Positions 1 through 10,593 are shown, counted from the stretch's first letter. The stretch is 64,000 bases of DNA from Poseidonia sp. (GCA_030827365.1 JAUREO010000003.1:972-64971); one strand, 5' to 3'. The notes: generated by a model from the letters alone, not told the origin. Numbers and translations: made by a program.

Positions 1-2442
1 TGAAGATTCTGCTGCGGCTTCAATCGATTCGATTTGAACCGCTGAAATTTCAAGATAGAGTCCTTCAAAGGTACTTGCATCATTGAGTACTGAGAAAATC
101 TTCTGCTGTTCTCCCTCGCTGATGGATTGTGTTGGCGAGGATAACAATAGTAACGAACGTTCTCCCGATGATGCTAGAACCAATGTTTCGACATCGTCAA
201 CTGAACCAAGAGCAAAGAATACATCTTCGATGTTGGTTAAATTTTCAAAACCAGGTATTGATACAATGGCTCCCGCAACGGTCAAATCCACGGGCGTGTT
301 ATTTCCATAAGCAAAAGGAACTGCACCGTGAATGGATAGTGATGAGATTCCTGTATTCATGACAAGGTCGGCGACAACACTATTGACACGTATCGAACCA
401 TTCATTTGTGTGTAGGTGGCATCACCATCAAACGCCAAAATAAGTTGAGGTAAGGCACCAACACCTTCGACATCAGATAACAAAGAAAGGCGGATTGATT
501 GCACCGTTTGTGTGGACGGATTCCATCGTAATAACCCGAAATCAGTTGTGCACCATGCTTCAAATTCACTCAACTGAATTCCCAACATGGCATCGCATTG
601 TTCATGATAAGATTCCAATTCGTTGTTGGTTGATGTGGAAATTTCTGGCTCTTCTAGCAATGGTTGAATCGTTAATTCGGGATAGATTTGTACTTGATGC
701 CAAGATGATTCGAGAAGCGTTTCATGAAACAGGTACAATGCACCATCGACATGGAGTGAGATGTCAAGCGTTTGACTTGACTCAAATGAGTCGAGCAGAA
801 GTTGTTGAACGATTTCGCCATCATCACGAAATTCATAGAGTGTGATCTCGTCCCCCTGCGTAGCGATTCCATAAAAAAAATCTTCATGCATCACAATGGA
901 TTCTGCTTCGCCTACGTTATCCAGTTCCATTGGCTCGATTTCATCTGGATATCGTTCATCGGCAAATACAAAGCCCGTTGAGGTTGCAACAATTCCAATA
1001 CCATCTTGACTCAATGCAAACCCATGGACGATACCATTGTTTGGGTGTTTCCACACCCATGGATCACCACTTGAAAACGATTCAAATCCAAATCCTGCAT
1101 ACGACCAATGCCAAAGTGCAGTTTCGGTGGCGTGCAATCCCATTATGGTAGAATCACTGAGGGAGAGGAGTTCTTCGCTTTGGTGTTCAACAGAGACGAT
1201 AGGGGCAAGAATTGCTTCTAACATGGTGATGTCAGTAAGGTTGTTTGAGAGTTCATGTCGTAATCGTTCAACCGTTGTTGCATTGATTCTTCCGAAATCC
1301 GAGTTTGAAGAAATCGTCAGGCCACCGCTCTGTTCATCTTTATTGACCAAGAGCCCAGCATCAGCATAGTGCACGCTTGTGCTGAATTTCAAGTTCATTT
1401 CTTCGGCAAAATTTTCGATGTCCTCAGATGGTGTTGATGGTAAAAAGGCGTACTCGGCTCTGGTCACTTTACCCTCCAAGTTCAACCATTGTTGGGCAGT
1501 TGGTAGGTCAACAAACAACGAAGGTTGCATCGTACCACCTCGTTGAGCGAATCCTTGCATTTGTGCTACTTCGTAGATGATAACTTCCCGATACATACGT
1601 TCTCGGCCCGAACCATCGAGTGAATCTCGGTAAAGTGTGAGCGTGACGCTGTCCCCTTTTTTGGCTTCAAGTTCATCAGCAAACGCTTGATTGACAACAA
1701 CAAATGGTTCATTTTCATTGAACTGATTGAGAATCTCGATGGTTGCAAAGCGAACTCCTTCGGATTCGCTTCCAATTTTTGGCCACACACCTTCATCTTC
1801 CAAACTTGCATTGTTGGCGAGTACGGTCACGCTTGAGGCACCTAAACCTGTTGGACCCAACACACCTGCTGTGGTCGACACACCGTGCATATGACCTTGA
1901 AGCATGGATGCATAGGTGTCATCATTCATTGCCTGCAACCAAAAACGCTCGGCTAATTCCTCTGAAAAAGCGACATTGATTCCTGTGTTGGGGTTGAGTC
2001 CACTGATGAGGATATCTGTTTCAGTCCAAGTAGCCTCAACTTCATGTGTGATTGTAGCGTCGAGGGAATCACCAATAATAAACGAAGAGGAGAGTATTGC
2101 AGATGAAATAATGAAGCCTGCAATGAGCAAGATCGCTTGTCGCTTTCGCCTTCGAATATTTTCGATAGCAATCCTCCACACCAGTTTCCGCTGAGGTATG
2201 AGCATGGCTTGAAATCCTGCTAAACTGATGATGCCAAGCAAAATACCTGAGAAAAGCAACGAAGAGGTGGACAGAGGCAAAAATGAGAGAAAAAGCATGC
2301 TGAGAACTGCATCAGTTGTAGCTCCCATGACGATGAGCAACTTCTTTGAACGGGATATTGTACCTGATTTCCCAAAAACATCGACAGCAACAATACTACA
2401 CACAAAGACAATGAGTGCAGCGATGGCTGTCGGTAGGAGCAC
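1..2442 (-). CDS. ABC transporter permease, FtsX/MacB-like (partial, runs off left edge)
   Basis: Not in the ORF track because it has no stop in the window. GTG at 2442 overlaps the TAG of the upstream ATPase. Hydrophobic N-terminus, then 'WRIAIENIRRRKRQAILLIAGFIISSAILSSSFIIGDSLD', typical of FtsX-family permeases; frame open where spot-checked. Confidence 0.85.
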   Translation of the reverse strand, partial: MLLPTAIAALIVFVCSIVAVDVFGKSGTISRSKKLLIVMGATTDAVLSMLFLSFLPLSTSSLLFSGILLGIISLAGFQAMLIPQRKLVWRIAIENIRRRKRQAILLIAGFIISSAILSSSFIIGDSLDATITHEVEATWTETDILISGLNPNTGINVAFSEELAERFWLQAMNDDTYASMLQGHMHGVSTTAGVLGPTGLGASSVTVLANNASLEDEGVWPKIGSESEGVRFATIEILNQFNENEPFVVVNQAFADELEAKKGDSVTLTLYRDSLDGSGRERMYREVIIYEVAQMQGFAQRGGTMQPSLFVDLPTAQQWLNLEGKVTRAEYAFLPSTPSEDIENFAEEMNLKFSTSVHYADAGLLVNKDEQSGGLTISSNSDFGRINATTVERLRHELSNNLTDITMLEAILAPIVSVEHQSEELLSLSDSTIMGLHATETALWHWSYAGFGFESFSSGDPWVWKHPNNGIVHGFALSQDGIGIVATSTGFVFADERYPDEIEPMELDNVGEAESIVMHEDFFYGIATQGDEITLYEFRDDGEIVQQLLLDSFESSQTLDISLHVDGALYLFHETLLESSWHQVQIYPELTIQPLLEEPEISTSTNNELESYHEQCDAMLGIQLSEFEAWCTTDFGLLRWNPSTQTVQSIRLSLLSDVEGVGALPQLILAFDGDATYTQMNGSIRVNSVVADLVMNTGISSLSIHGAVPFAYGNNTPVDLTVAGAIVSIPGFENLTNIEDVFFALGSVDDVETLVLASSGERSLLLLSSPTQSISEGEQQKIFSVLNDASTFEGLYLEISAVQIESIEAAAESS

Positions 2443-3146
2443 TATTCTTCCTCCGAACCAATACCGTGTTGTTGGGTTATGATTTGACCATCCACCATTG
2501 AGATAGTTCTGCCGCATTGATCTGCGATGGATTGGTCATGGGTGACGATAAGGAATGTCATGCTATGTTCTTGGTTCATTCTTTTGAGCAAAGCTATGAT
2601 TTCTTTCGAAGTTGCAGAATCCAAATTTCCAGTAGGTTCATCGCACAATACAATGGCTGGTCGATGGACGATTGCCCTTGCAATCGCAACCCTTTGTTGT
2701 TGACCACCCGAAAGTTCGGTTGGCCGGTGGCTTAGCCTATCAGAAAGCCCTACTGAATCGAGTGCTTCGATACTTCGACTCCTCGCCTCTTTTGGTTGCA
2801 CTCCGTTGAGAAGGAGAGGAAGTTCAACATTCTCAACTGCGGTGAGAACAGGTAGCAAATTGAAATTTTGATAAATGAATCCAAAGTGTTCAGCCCGCAT
2901 ATCAGTTCGTTGATTTTCAGTGCCTTTGTACAGCGATTTCTCGTGCACATACACATCACCTGCTGATGGGTCATCGATGCCAGACAGCACGTTGAGAAGG
3001 GTGGTTTTACCACAACCAGATGGACCCATGACGGCGATCATTTCGCCTGTATCAATCGTCAGTTGAATACCTCGAACAGCCTCAACCACGGTCTCATGGG
3101 TGTAATACACCTTCCACAATGAATCTGCCCTCAAAACTGCGCCCAT
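2442..3146 (-). CDS. ABC transporter ATP-binding protein (LolD/MacB-like)
   Basis: Walker A GPSGCGKT, signature LSGGQQQR, Walker B CDEPT, H-loop VTHD; start trimmed to ATG at 3146. Confidence 0.95.
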   Translation of the reverse strand: MGAVLRADSLWKVYYTHETVVEAVRGIQLTIDTGEMIAVMGPSGCGKTTLLNVLSGIDDPSAGDVYVHEKSLYKGTENQRTDMRAEHFGFIYQNFNLLPVLTAVENVELPLLLNGVQPKEARSRSIEALDSVGLSDRLSHRPTELSGGQQQRVAIARAIVHRPAIVLCDEPTGNLDSATSKEIIALLKRMNQEHSMTFLIVTHDQSIADQCGRTISMVDGQIITQQHGIGSEEE

Positions 3147-3195
3147 GACATGAGCACAAAGAATTGCGTTGATAAACTCCGTTATGTTGGTGTGA

Positions 3196-3453
3196 ATGAA
3201 GGCTATGGAAAACGACATCGTGACCTTCCAAGTGCTCTCGTTTGGACCGATCGTGGATACATTCGGAGCACGACAATCCGTGCACACGGTCGATGCAAAC
3301 ACCAGCATTCGTGATTTTATTTGTTCTATTGGCCTTGAGAAGTGGATAAGTTACGGGTTATCCGTTGCTAAAAATGGAGACCGATGTTCGATAGATGAGG
3401 TCATCAAAACCGGAGATGAAATTGCATTGTTACCACCCATGAGCGGTGGTTAG
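3196..3453 (+). CDS. MoaD/ThiS/SAMP-family ubiquitin-like sulfur carrier
   Basis: About 85 aa ending 'GDEIALLPPMSGG' with C-terminal diglycine; start may be 3205. Confidence 0.9.
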   Translation: MKAMENDIVTFQVLSFGPIVDTFGARQSVHTVDANTSIRDFICSIGLEKWISYGLSVAKNGDRCSIDEVIKTGDEIALLPPMSGG

Positions 3454-3512
3454 CTTCTTTCCAAGCGAAAGCCTTGAACACTACAACCATCTCGGCTGAA
3501 GCAGGTTTAAGC

Positions 3513-3827
3513 ATGTTTGGCGGTATCGGGACACCTGAAGTTTTGATTCTCATCTTCTTAGCATTCATTTTGTTTGGTTCACAAAAACTACCAGAACTCG
3601 CTAATGCCCTTGGTAGGTCAAAAGGCGAGTTTCAGAAGGGCTTATCTGAAGCAACCAAAGCAAACACTGAACAACAAACGATCGCTGATTTAGAGGCTGG
3701 TGGCAAGACGCCTGACCAAGTACTTATAGACAGAGCAAAGGCGGTTGGAATTGACCATACTGGCATGACAGTCGCACAATTGCAAAAGAAAGTCGAAGCA
3801 CTCGAAGCCATGGAAGAGAGTGAATAG
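3513..3827 (+). CDS. tatA: Twin-arginine translocase subunit TatA/E
   Basis: 'GIGTPEVLILIFLAFILFGSQKLPELANALGRSKGEFQKG': TM helix, FG hinge and amphipathic helix. Confidence 0.92.
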   Translation: MFGGIGTPEVLILIFLAFILFGSQKLPELANALGRSKGEFQKGLSEATKANTEQQTIADLEAGGKTPDQVLIDRAKAVGIDHTGMTVAQLQKKVEALEAMEESE

Positions 3828-3828
3828 T

Positions 3829-4323
3829 TCAACTCTGTCGTTTCATTTTCATTTGTGAACCACAAATTTCACATTCAATCGTGTTGTTTTTTCTCGTTGT
3901 GTCAAAGTCTTGGGGAACTTTTGATGTTGCTCTGCAACCTTCACATTTCATATGCCATGACCATTGCTTTGTCGAAGTTTTCACGACAACAGACTCGAAT
4001 GTAATATCGAATGCTCTTGCAATGTTTTGCAATCTGTAATCGTCAGTATAAAGTGTAGCTCCTCGGGTTGAGAGAGCGAGAGACAGCACATCAAGGTCAA
4101 CAATTGATAGTCCTGCCAAATCCCCTGTTTGCATCGCACATCGTCTCGCTTCCGCCTTCATTTCCTTACTAGGGTCTATCCATTGTATGTCAAGGGTTTC
4201 AAGCAACATGAATTTTGAATCACTCAACTGAGCAATCTCTTGTTGTTGAGAAGAAGCACAACAACCACCGTTGATTTTTTCAGGTGGCCAATTCAACAAA
4301 GCCGAAGTATCAAGGACTCGCAT
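3829..4323 (-). CDS. nob1: Nob1-like PIN-domain rRNA maturation endonuclease with zinc ribbon
   Basis: VLDTSA, GDLxxLSxxD and TDDYxLQN PIN motifs; CEGC...CEIC zinc ribbon. Confidence 0.9.
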   Translation of the reverse strand: MRVLDTSALLNWPPEKINGGCCASSQQQEIAQLSDSKFMLLETLDIQWIDPSKEMKAEARRCAMQTGDLAGLSIVDLDVLSLALSTRGATLYTDDYRLQNIARAFDITFESVVVKTSTKQWSWHMKCEGCRATSKVPQDFDTTRKNNTIECEICGSQMKMKRQS

Positions 4324-4402
4324 TCAGCACTCTGTTGAAAAACCCCCTATTCAAGACACCGTTACCAACTACATTGATGAAGTCAAAACCACAGCCAACT
4401 GT

Positions 4403-5008
4403 ATGGGCTGGAAAGAATCCATCATCGAATGGTTCGACATCTTCGGTCCTGCCGCGCTTGCAATGCTCTCCTTTACTGAAGCGATTATCCAACCTGTACC
4501 ACCTGACCTCCTGTATCTTCCCATGTTGCTCAATGCAGGCAGCAACGCCCCCCTTGTCTTTTGGTTGTGGATGGTTGTCACGATCGCATCGGTCTCCGGA
4601 GCACTGGTTGGGTACTATGTAGGGCAGCGTCTTGGAGTTCAATTGATTGAATATTTTGGGTATGAACGACACCTCCATACTTTGCAATCGCTCACAGAAA
4701 AATACGGTGGGATTGGCATCTTTGTTGCCGCATTCTCACCCCTACCGTACAAGGTATTCGGCTGGGTTGCTGGCATGGCGGCCATGAACAAGAAAGCATT
4801 TGTTATCGCAGGTGTGCTCGGAAGAGGCCTCCGTTTCGGGGCTGAAGCGATCCTCATCTGGTTTTACGGGGATTCATTACTTGATGCAATTATGTGGTTC
4901 CTCGATAACGAATTATTGTTAGGCATCGTTCTCGTCATCGTTTGTGGGCTTGCAGGGTATTTCATGGTCAAAGCAAAATCAAAGCCATCCACTATGTCTG
5001 CTGAATAA
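4403..5008 (+). CDS. YqaA/DedA (VTT domain) membrane protein
   Basis: 'SFTEAIIQPVPPD', 'AAFSPLPYKVF', 'GRGLRF'; start trimmed to ATG 4403. Confidence 0.88.
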   Translation: MGWKESIIEWFDIFGPAALAMLSFTEAIIQPVPPDLLYLPMLLNAGSNAPLVFWLWMVVTIASVSGALVGYYVGQRLGVQLIEYFGYERHLHTLQSLTEKYGGIGIFVAAFSPLPYKVFGWVAGMAAMNKKAFVIAGVLGRGLRFGAEAILIWFYGDSLLDAIMWFLDNELLLGIVLVIVCGLAGYFMVKAKSKPSTMSAE

Positions 5009-5074
5009 ACTCCCGTTTGAAGTATCCTAACCCAAAGGAAGCATTATGAAGAGGAGGTTGTAGGCCAAGTCGCC

Positions 5075-5149
5075 GCTCGTGTGGTGTAGCCAGGTCCATC
5101 ATTGCGGGTTTTCATCCCGTCGACCCGGGTTCGAATCCCGGCACGAGCA
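5075..5149 (+). tRNA. tRNA-Glu (anticodon TTC)
   Basis: Acceptor stem GCTCGTG/CACGAGC, anticodon arm GCGGG-TT-TTC-AT-CCCGT, T-arm CCGGG-TTCGAAT-CCCGG; no intron and no encoded CCA. Confidence 0.95.
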
Positions 5150-5180
5150 CTATCAAAAAAATATGGCTCGCAGTATAGCG

Positions 5181-5196
5181 TTTTTTTGTTTCTTTT
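5181..5196 (+). terminator. Probable oligo-T terminator after tRNA-Glu
   Basis: T-rich tract 'tttttttgtttctttt' about 30 nt downstream of the tRNA; archaeal terminators are typically oligo-T. Confidence 0.45.
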
Positions 5197-5269
5197 CCAA
5201 AAAACCAACGAAAATGAAAGATGAAATCAACACATTATATTCATAAACGAGGGTTCTATTCAAAGACCG

Positions 5270-8200
5270 ATGAAATCCAAATTACTGGTCCTCATCTTGC
5301 TTGTAGCCTATCTTGCTCCGATGGCTGAACACAATGGAAACCTTGCATTTGGTGACGTGTCATCAACCATATCGAGTACACCTCCAAATTCTGATTACGT
5401 GGAGGCTATGAACTTCCAAATTTCAAACGGTGCAGTTGTCCTTGACCTTATCGAACACAACTCAAGTTTTGCTCTTCTCGTCTCTCATGTAGGAAATGGC
5501 CAAGTTGGTGCTCAATCATGGAGTGGGGTTTCTGCTACTCATTCTATCGTTCAAATTCATGAAAATGGAACGGTGTCGAACCCATATCATTTCACACCGC
5601 ATGCTCAACCCCAACTTTTCTCAACCATGCAAGGTCTTTTGGTTGTGAGCAACGATTCGGGTGTCATCAATTTATCACTGCACGATATCGGTAATGCTAA
5701 TGTCGTATCAATGGAAGTTGGTTCAACGTCTTATGGACCTTTCAACATCTTAGCAGTCGACGCCAAAGGCGACAACGTTGCTCTTGTTCTTCGATGTTAT
5801 GAACAAGATTCTGGCAGCACAACTCTCGATGGTGATGAATGTGCTACTTCGTCGGGAAGGTACAATCTTACGACCTACATGGTTGATCTTTCGACCCAAT
5901 CGGTGAGCCATAAAGCCTCAGTGGGTTGGTTGAACATGTCTTCAACATCCGTCCAATATGGTACAAAGACTGGAACCCTTTCGAATGTTCTATCGCCTTC
6001 ACCTGATTGTGACCAATTCATCTACCTTCATCCAAATGGCGCACTCGACGGACTTGCGACCACAGATTGTGCTACCTCTGGAGATTGGAATACTTTCCAG
6101 ACAGTTGATTCATCTGTCTCTCTTTTTGGTGATACTTCAGATTGGTCCCCTGATGATTTTAGTGATTGGGGCTTAGGGCTTACTGCCTCAACGCTCGACC
6201 AAAGCGGGACAGAATTCTATGATGGGTGGATTTTTGGAGCCAAGGAATGCTCATCTGACAATTTGATGAAACTCGCCCCTTACCACTTTGGCCACAGCAT
6301 GGTGTTCAAAGTCATAGGATGGACAACAGGTTCACAAGGATTGCAATGTTCGATTGACACACATGAAGAGAGTGATGCAGGTTCAACAAATGAATTGTTC
6401 AAACAAAAATGGCTCAATAAAGAAGCATTGGTGATTGGAGACCGACGATTAAACACATCTTCAACCGATGTACTTACCACCTCAAAAGACCTATTTGATA
6501 TTGCAGTGGCATCAACTCAAACCCTCGATTTTATTTCGATTTGTCACACTGGCTCACTCACCAATGGAGTAACCACAGTTGCATCTGGGTCGACCATTGA
6601 ACGAAATTCAATTCTGGCTTGGCGACCATCAGGCATCCTCAATGTCACTGTTCTCTCTGCCACCTCGGGTTGCGTTTCGCATCTTGCTGCAGGAAGCATC
6701 TCCTTGCTCGCTTTGCATAACGATGCTTCAATTCAGGAGTTGACGCTTCTCGCTGCGGACACCGACGGTGACACCTATGCGGACATCAACGATGATTTCC
6801 CTCTCGACGCAAACCAGTGGTCGGATGGTGACGGCGACGGCTATGGAGACAATCCAGGATTCTCAAGTTCAGATGATTGTCCTCTCGCCTTTGGAAATTC
6901 ATCCCAAGGCAAGCGCGGCTGTACCGACACCGACGGCGATACTTGGGCGGATATCGACGATAAATTCGTGTTGGACCCTACGCAGTGGGCTGACAGCGAC
7001 AACGACGGTTTTGGCGACAACACGAGCGGCAATTATGGTGATGACTGCCCCAGCCAAGCGGGTTCATCGACCCAAGACCGTCGCGGATGCCCCGACCAAG
7101 ATTTTGACGGATTTAGTGATGCAAATGATGACTATCCGGCAAATCCCGCACAATGGAAGGATAGCGATGGCGACGGCTATGGTGATAATTCTGCAGGTGC
7201 AGGTGGTGATGATTGTCCAGAAACCTACGGAACCAGCACCATCGAACTCCAAGGATGCCCTGACAGTGATAATGATAATTACGCTGACATCATTGATGCA
7301 TTACCATTTGACCCTACACAGCAGAAAGACCTCGATGGTGATGGATACGGTGATAATCCAAATGGTTCGAATCCCGACCAATTTCGATTTGACCCAACGC
7401 AACACAATGATTCGGATGGCGACGGATACGGCGATAATATTGGTGGAACACGAGGTGATTCTTGCCCCGACACCTATGGTAATTCGACCATCGACAGGTA
7501 TGGTTGCGTCGATTCCGATGGTGACGGCTATTCCGATGCTGGAGATGGATTTCCATTCGACCCATTACGTTACATCGATACCGATGGCGATCAAGTTGAG
7601 GATAGTTTTGATGCATTCCCCTATGACCCTACGCAATCATCCGATTCGGACGGTGATTCATACGGAGATAACCCCGCTGGAAATCGAGGCGATGCTTGCC
7701 CAACCGTATATGGAACCAGTACAGCAGACCGATTTGGCTGTATCGATTCAGACGGTGACGGATTTTCCGATGAAGGCGATGGATTTCCTGATGACCCTTT
7801 ACGATGGGTTGACAACGATAGAGATGGTGTTGAGGACAAATTTGACGCCTTCCCGTATGATCCTACCCAGACCGCAGATACAGACGGTGATTCCTATGGG
7901 GACAACAGGGCTGGAAATCGAGGCGATGCTTGTCCAAATGAATACGGTAATAGTACATCGGACCGTTATGGTTGCCCTGATACCGATGGTGATGGCGTGA
8001 GCGATGCTGGCGATGGATTTCCATTTGACCCAACCAGATACATCGACACAGACGGGGATGGTTACGAAGACAGTGAAGATGATTTCGCATTCGACCCAAC
8101 CCAGTGGCTTGACTCTGATGGCGATGGATTTGGCGACAACCGTTTTGGTTCAAATGGAGACAAGTTCCCGAGCGACCCAACCCAATGGTCGGACATCGAC

Positions 8201-9088
8201 AGCGATGGATATGGAGACAATCCGAATGGAACGAATGCCGATGCGTTCATTGCAGAACCAAGTCAATGGTCGGACATCGACATGGATGGCTGTGGCGATA
8301 ATCCGATTGGAAGATTTCCCGATAAGTTCCCAACCGACCCAACCCAATGCATAGACGAGGATGGAGACGGATACGGTGATAATTTGAGTGGCAACAACCC
8401 CGACCCATATCTGTTCGACCAAGATAACGATGGGTACAACGACAGCATCGATATTCTGCCTCTGCTCGCATCGCCTGGTGACCTCGATAACGATGGCGTC
8501 ATGGATGAAGATGATGACTTCCCAGCTGACCCAAGAGAATCAAGAGATTTCGACGGTGACGGCATTGGTGATGAAGCCGACCCAGATGACGATAACGATG
8601 GACATCTCGACCTTGCTGAAATCAACGCTGGAACAGACCCGTTCAATTCAAAATCAAAACCGATTGAAACCTTCGAAATCGTGTTACCCGGAACCTCTAT
8701 TGGGCTTGGAGCATGGGACCTCATCGGAATATTGCTTGGTGTACCTCTCACCATCTGGATTATGATTGGTCTCATTACTCGAGGGGGGAGGGCTCGGAAA
8801 TACGAAGGAAAATTGAGAATGGCAACCCGAAGAGAAGACCTTGAAGTCATCGCTCAATTGTACGAGCGTGCTGTCATGTTACGACTCCTCGGTCCACATC
8901 AAGCATTGAGACTGGAACGAATTCGTACTGAACTTGACGACGTGCTTGAAAATCAACTCCATCAGGATTTGTATGACTTGCCTCAACCCGAAACACACCA
9001 CGCCCACAATGAACAAGCCTATGTTGAGCAGGAAGAAGCATACAATACCGTCGAGGGATACGAGAGGAAAAAAGTACCAAAGATATGA
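5270..9088 (+). CDS. Large membrane-anchored surface protein with thrombospondin type-3-like (DxDxDG) Ca-binding repeats
   Basis: N-terminal signal peptide, about 490 aa unique region, about 620 aa of DxDGDGxGD/DxCP repeats, C-terminal TM helix and charged tail. Confidence 0.85.
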   Translation: MKSKLLVLILLVAYLAPMAEHNGNLAFGDVSSTISSTPPNSDYVEAMNFQISNGAVVLDLIEHNSSFALLVSHVGNGQVGAQSWSGVSATHSIVQIHENGTVSNPYHFTPHAQPQLFSTMQGLLVVSNDSGVINLSLHDIGNANVVSMEVGSTSYGPFNILAVDAKGDNVALVLRCYEQDSGSTTLDGDECATSSGRYNLTTYMVDLSTQSVSHKASVGWLNMSSTSVQYGTKTGTLSNVLSPSPDCDQFIYLHPNGALDGLATTDCATSGDWNTFQTVDSSVSLFGDTSDWSPDDFSDWGLGLTASTLDQSGTEFYDGWIFGAKECSSDNLMKLAPYHFGHSMVFKVIGWTTGSQGLQCSIDTHEESDAGSTNELFKQKWLNKEALVIGDRRLNTSSTDVLTTSKDLFDIAVASTQTLDFISICHTGSLTNGVTTVASGSTIERNSILAWRPSGILNVTVLSATSGCVSHLAAGSISLLALHNDASIQELTLLAADTDGDTYADINDDFPLDANQWSDGDGDGYGDNPGFSSSDDCPLAFGNSSQGKRGCTDTDGDTWADIDDKFVLDPTQWADSDNDGFGDNTSGNYGDDCPSQAGSSTQDRRGCPDQDFDGFSDANDDYPANPAQWKDSDGDGYGDNSAGAGGDDCPETYGTSTIELQGCPDSDNDNYADIIDALPFDPTQQKDLDGDGYGDNPNGSNPDQFRFDPTQHNDSDGDGYGDNIGGTRGDSCPDTYGNSTIDRYGCVDSDGDGYSDAGDGFPFDPLRYIDTDGDQVEDSFDAFPYDPTQSSDSDGDSYGDNPAGNRGDACPTVYGTSTADRFGCIDSDGDGFSDEGDGFPDDPLRWVDNDRDGVEDKFDAFPYDPTQTADTDGDSYGDNRAGNRGDACPNEYGNSTSDRYGCPDTDGDGVSDAGDGFPFDPTRYIDTDGDGYEDSEDDFAFDPTQWLDSDGDGFGDNRFGSNGDKFPSDPTQWSDIDSDGYGDNPNGTNADAFIAEPSQWSDIDMDGCGDNPIGRFPDKFPTDPTQCIDEDGDGYGDNLSGNNPDPYLFDQDNDGYNDSIDILPLLASPGDLDNDGVMDEDDDFPADPRESRDFDGDGIGDEADPDDDNDGHLDLAEINAGTDPFNSKSKPIETFEIVLPGTSIGLGAWDLIGILLGVPLTIWIMIGLITRGGRARKYEGKLRMATRREDLEVIAQLYERAVMLRLLGPHQALRLERIRTELDDVLENQLHQDLYDLPQPETHHAHNEQAYVEQEEAYNTVEGYERKKVPKI
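6757..8640 (+). repeat. Intragenic TSP3-like repeat array, including three 234-bp (78-aa) super-units at about 7454-8155
   Basis: 'gctggaaatcgaggcgatgcttg' occurs at 7676 and 7910 (234 nt apart); GDxCP units begin at 7454, 7688 and 7922. Confidence 0.9.
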
Positions 9089-9811
9089 TCAATGGTCATC
9101 GTGAGAGCCGAGGAAGTATTCTCCAATCTCTGGGTCGTTGAGAATGAAATCGGCGTCACCCGTGTGAACGACTTTACCACTTGCAAAGATGTAACCTCTA
9201 TCGGAACGAGCAAGGCTTAAGCGGGCATTTTGTTCGACGATAAGAACGGTGATGCCTTCTTTACGCAAGTTATCAATCCGTTCAATGATTTGTTGTTGAT
9301 AGAGCGGTGACAAGGCTGCAGTAGGTTCATCGAGCAACAAGAAAGAAGGGTCGGATATCAACGCCCTTGAGATGGCAAGCATCTGTCGTTCTCCGCCCGA
9401 TAATGATGCTGCGAGGTCATGCTCTCTTGAGCGCAAGTCTGGAAACATATTGAGGGCCCGTTCAATTCGTTGTTTGAGGATTGGTGAGGGCAATGCATTG
9501 CCACCCATTTGGAGATTCTCTTCCACCGTCAAAGTTGGGAAGACATTGTTGACTTGAGGGACATATGCGATTCCTTTTCGAACGAGCTGGTCAGTTCTCA
9601 TCTTCTCAATCGATTCACCACGATAGGATACTGTTCCACCATAATAGGTGGCAATGCCAAACAATGTCTTGATGAATGTGGATTTCCCACAACCATTTGG
9701 TCCAATGATGGTCACGAACTCGCCTTCATCGATGTACAAATCAATATCATAGAGAATTTGGACACTGCCGTATCCACCACTAAGGTTTGAAACCTCAAGT
9801 AATCGTGTCAT
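9089..9811 (-). CDS. livF: Branched-chain amino acid ABC transporter ATP-binding protein
   Basis: GPNGCGKS, LSGGERQMLA, LLDEPT, VEQNA. Confidence 0.92.
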   Translation of the reverse strand: MTRLLEVSNLSGGYGSVQILYDIDLYIDEGEFVTIIGPNGCGKSTFIKTLFGIATYYGGTVSYRGESIEKMRTDQLVRKGIAYVPQVNNVFPTLTVEENLQMGGNALPSPILKQRIERALNMFPDLRSREHDLAASLSGGERQMLAISRALISDPSFLLLDEPTAALSPLYQQQIIERIDNLRKEGITVLIVEQNARLSLARSDRGYIFASGKVVHTGDADFILNDPEIGEYFLGSHDDH

Positions 9812-10593
9812 TCTTCTTCACCTCCATCACCTGCGGCACCAAGATAAGCCTCAATCACGGCTCGATTCGAACGAACTTCATCTGGTGTGCCTTCCATGAG
9901 GACATTGCCTTCATTCATGACAATAATGCGGTCAACCCCCTGACGGAGAATAAAGTCCATGTTGTGTTCAATGACCAGAATTGAGATGCCTGTTGCATCA
10001 ACAAGGGACCTAAGATTGTTGAAAATTTTCATAGCAAGTGGACCTGCTACGCCAGCAACTGGTTCATCGAGCAAAAGAAGTTGGGGGTCTCCCATCATCG
10101 AACGACCAATGTCTACAAGTTTGCTTTGTCCACCCGACAATTCACCTGCAAGGTTGTGAGCCATATGAGGCACTTCAAGTTGTTCAAGAACGGCAAATGC
10201 CTTTTCCAACCGTTCTTTTTCTTCTATTCTCGTCCTGCCGCGTAGTAAGGTCATCAACGGATTTGGAGCAAATTGTTTCCTTGGTGGAACAAGTAAATTC
10301 TCTATGACCGTCATTTGTTTCCACAATTGAGTATGTTGGAATGTTCGAGTCATGCCTAATTTTTGAATTTGGTCTGGTCTCATTTCTGAAGCATCTACAC
10401 CAAACACTTCGACGGTTCCACTTGTTTTTTCGAGCAGCCCACTAATACAATTGAACGTCGTTGATTTGCCGCAACCATTCGGTCCAATCAATCCAACAAA
10501 CTCACCTTTTCCAATCTCGAAAGAAACATTATTGACAGCGACAAGTCCACCGAATTCCTTTCTCAAATTTTGAACAGAAAGCAGTGATGTCAT
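9808..10593 (-). CDS. livG: Branched-chain amino acid ABC transporter ATP-binding protein
   Basis: FGGLVAV, GPNGCGKS, RTFQ, LLDEP, IEHNM, C-terminal 'GTPDEVRSNRAVIEAYLG'. Confidence 0.92.
   Translation of the reverse strand: MTSLLSVQNLRKEFGGLVAVNNVSFEIGKGEFVGLIGPNGCGKSTTFNCISGLLEKTSGTVEVFGVDASEMRPDQIQKLGMTRTFQHTQLWKQMTVIENLLVPPRKQFAPNPLMTLLRGRTRIEEKERLEKAFAVLEQLEVPHMAHNLAGELSGGQSKLVDIGRSMMGDPQLLLLDEPVAGVAGPLAMKIFNNLRSLVDATGISILVIEHNMDFILRQGVDRIIVMNEGNVLMEGTPDEVRSNRAVIEAYLGAAGDGGEEE

Noticed and set aside
1..2441. Apparent gene-free region with many short ORFs in the track
   Set aside because: Occupied by the minus-strand permease that runs off the window edge.
7364..7376. 13-nt match (GGTTCGAATCCCG) to the tRNA-Glu T-arm, suggesting an att site
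   Set aside because: It lies in frame inside a repeat (encodes GSNP), no integrase is present, and a match this short is plausible by chance.
6768..8000. 410-aa alternative-frame ORF
   Set aside because: Shadow of the GAY/GGN-rich repeat region; the product is an M/T/I/V-rich artefact.
6757..8640. Periodic repeats as a possible CRISPR array or diversity-generating element
   Set aside because: Repeats are degenerate and coding, vary at synonymous sites, and have no spacers, cas genes or reverse transcriptase nearby.
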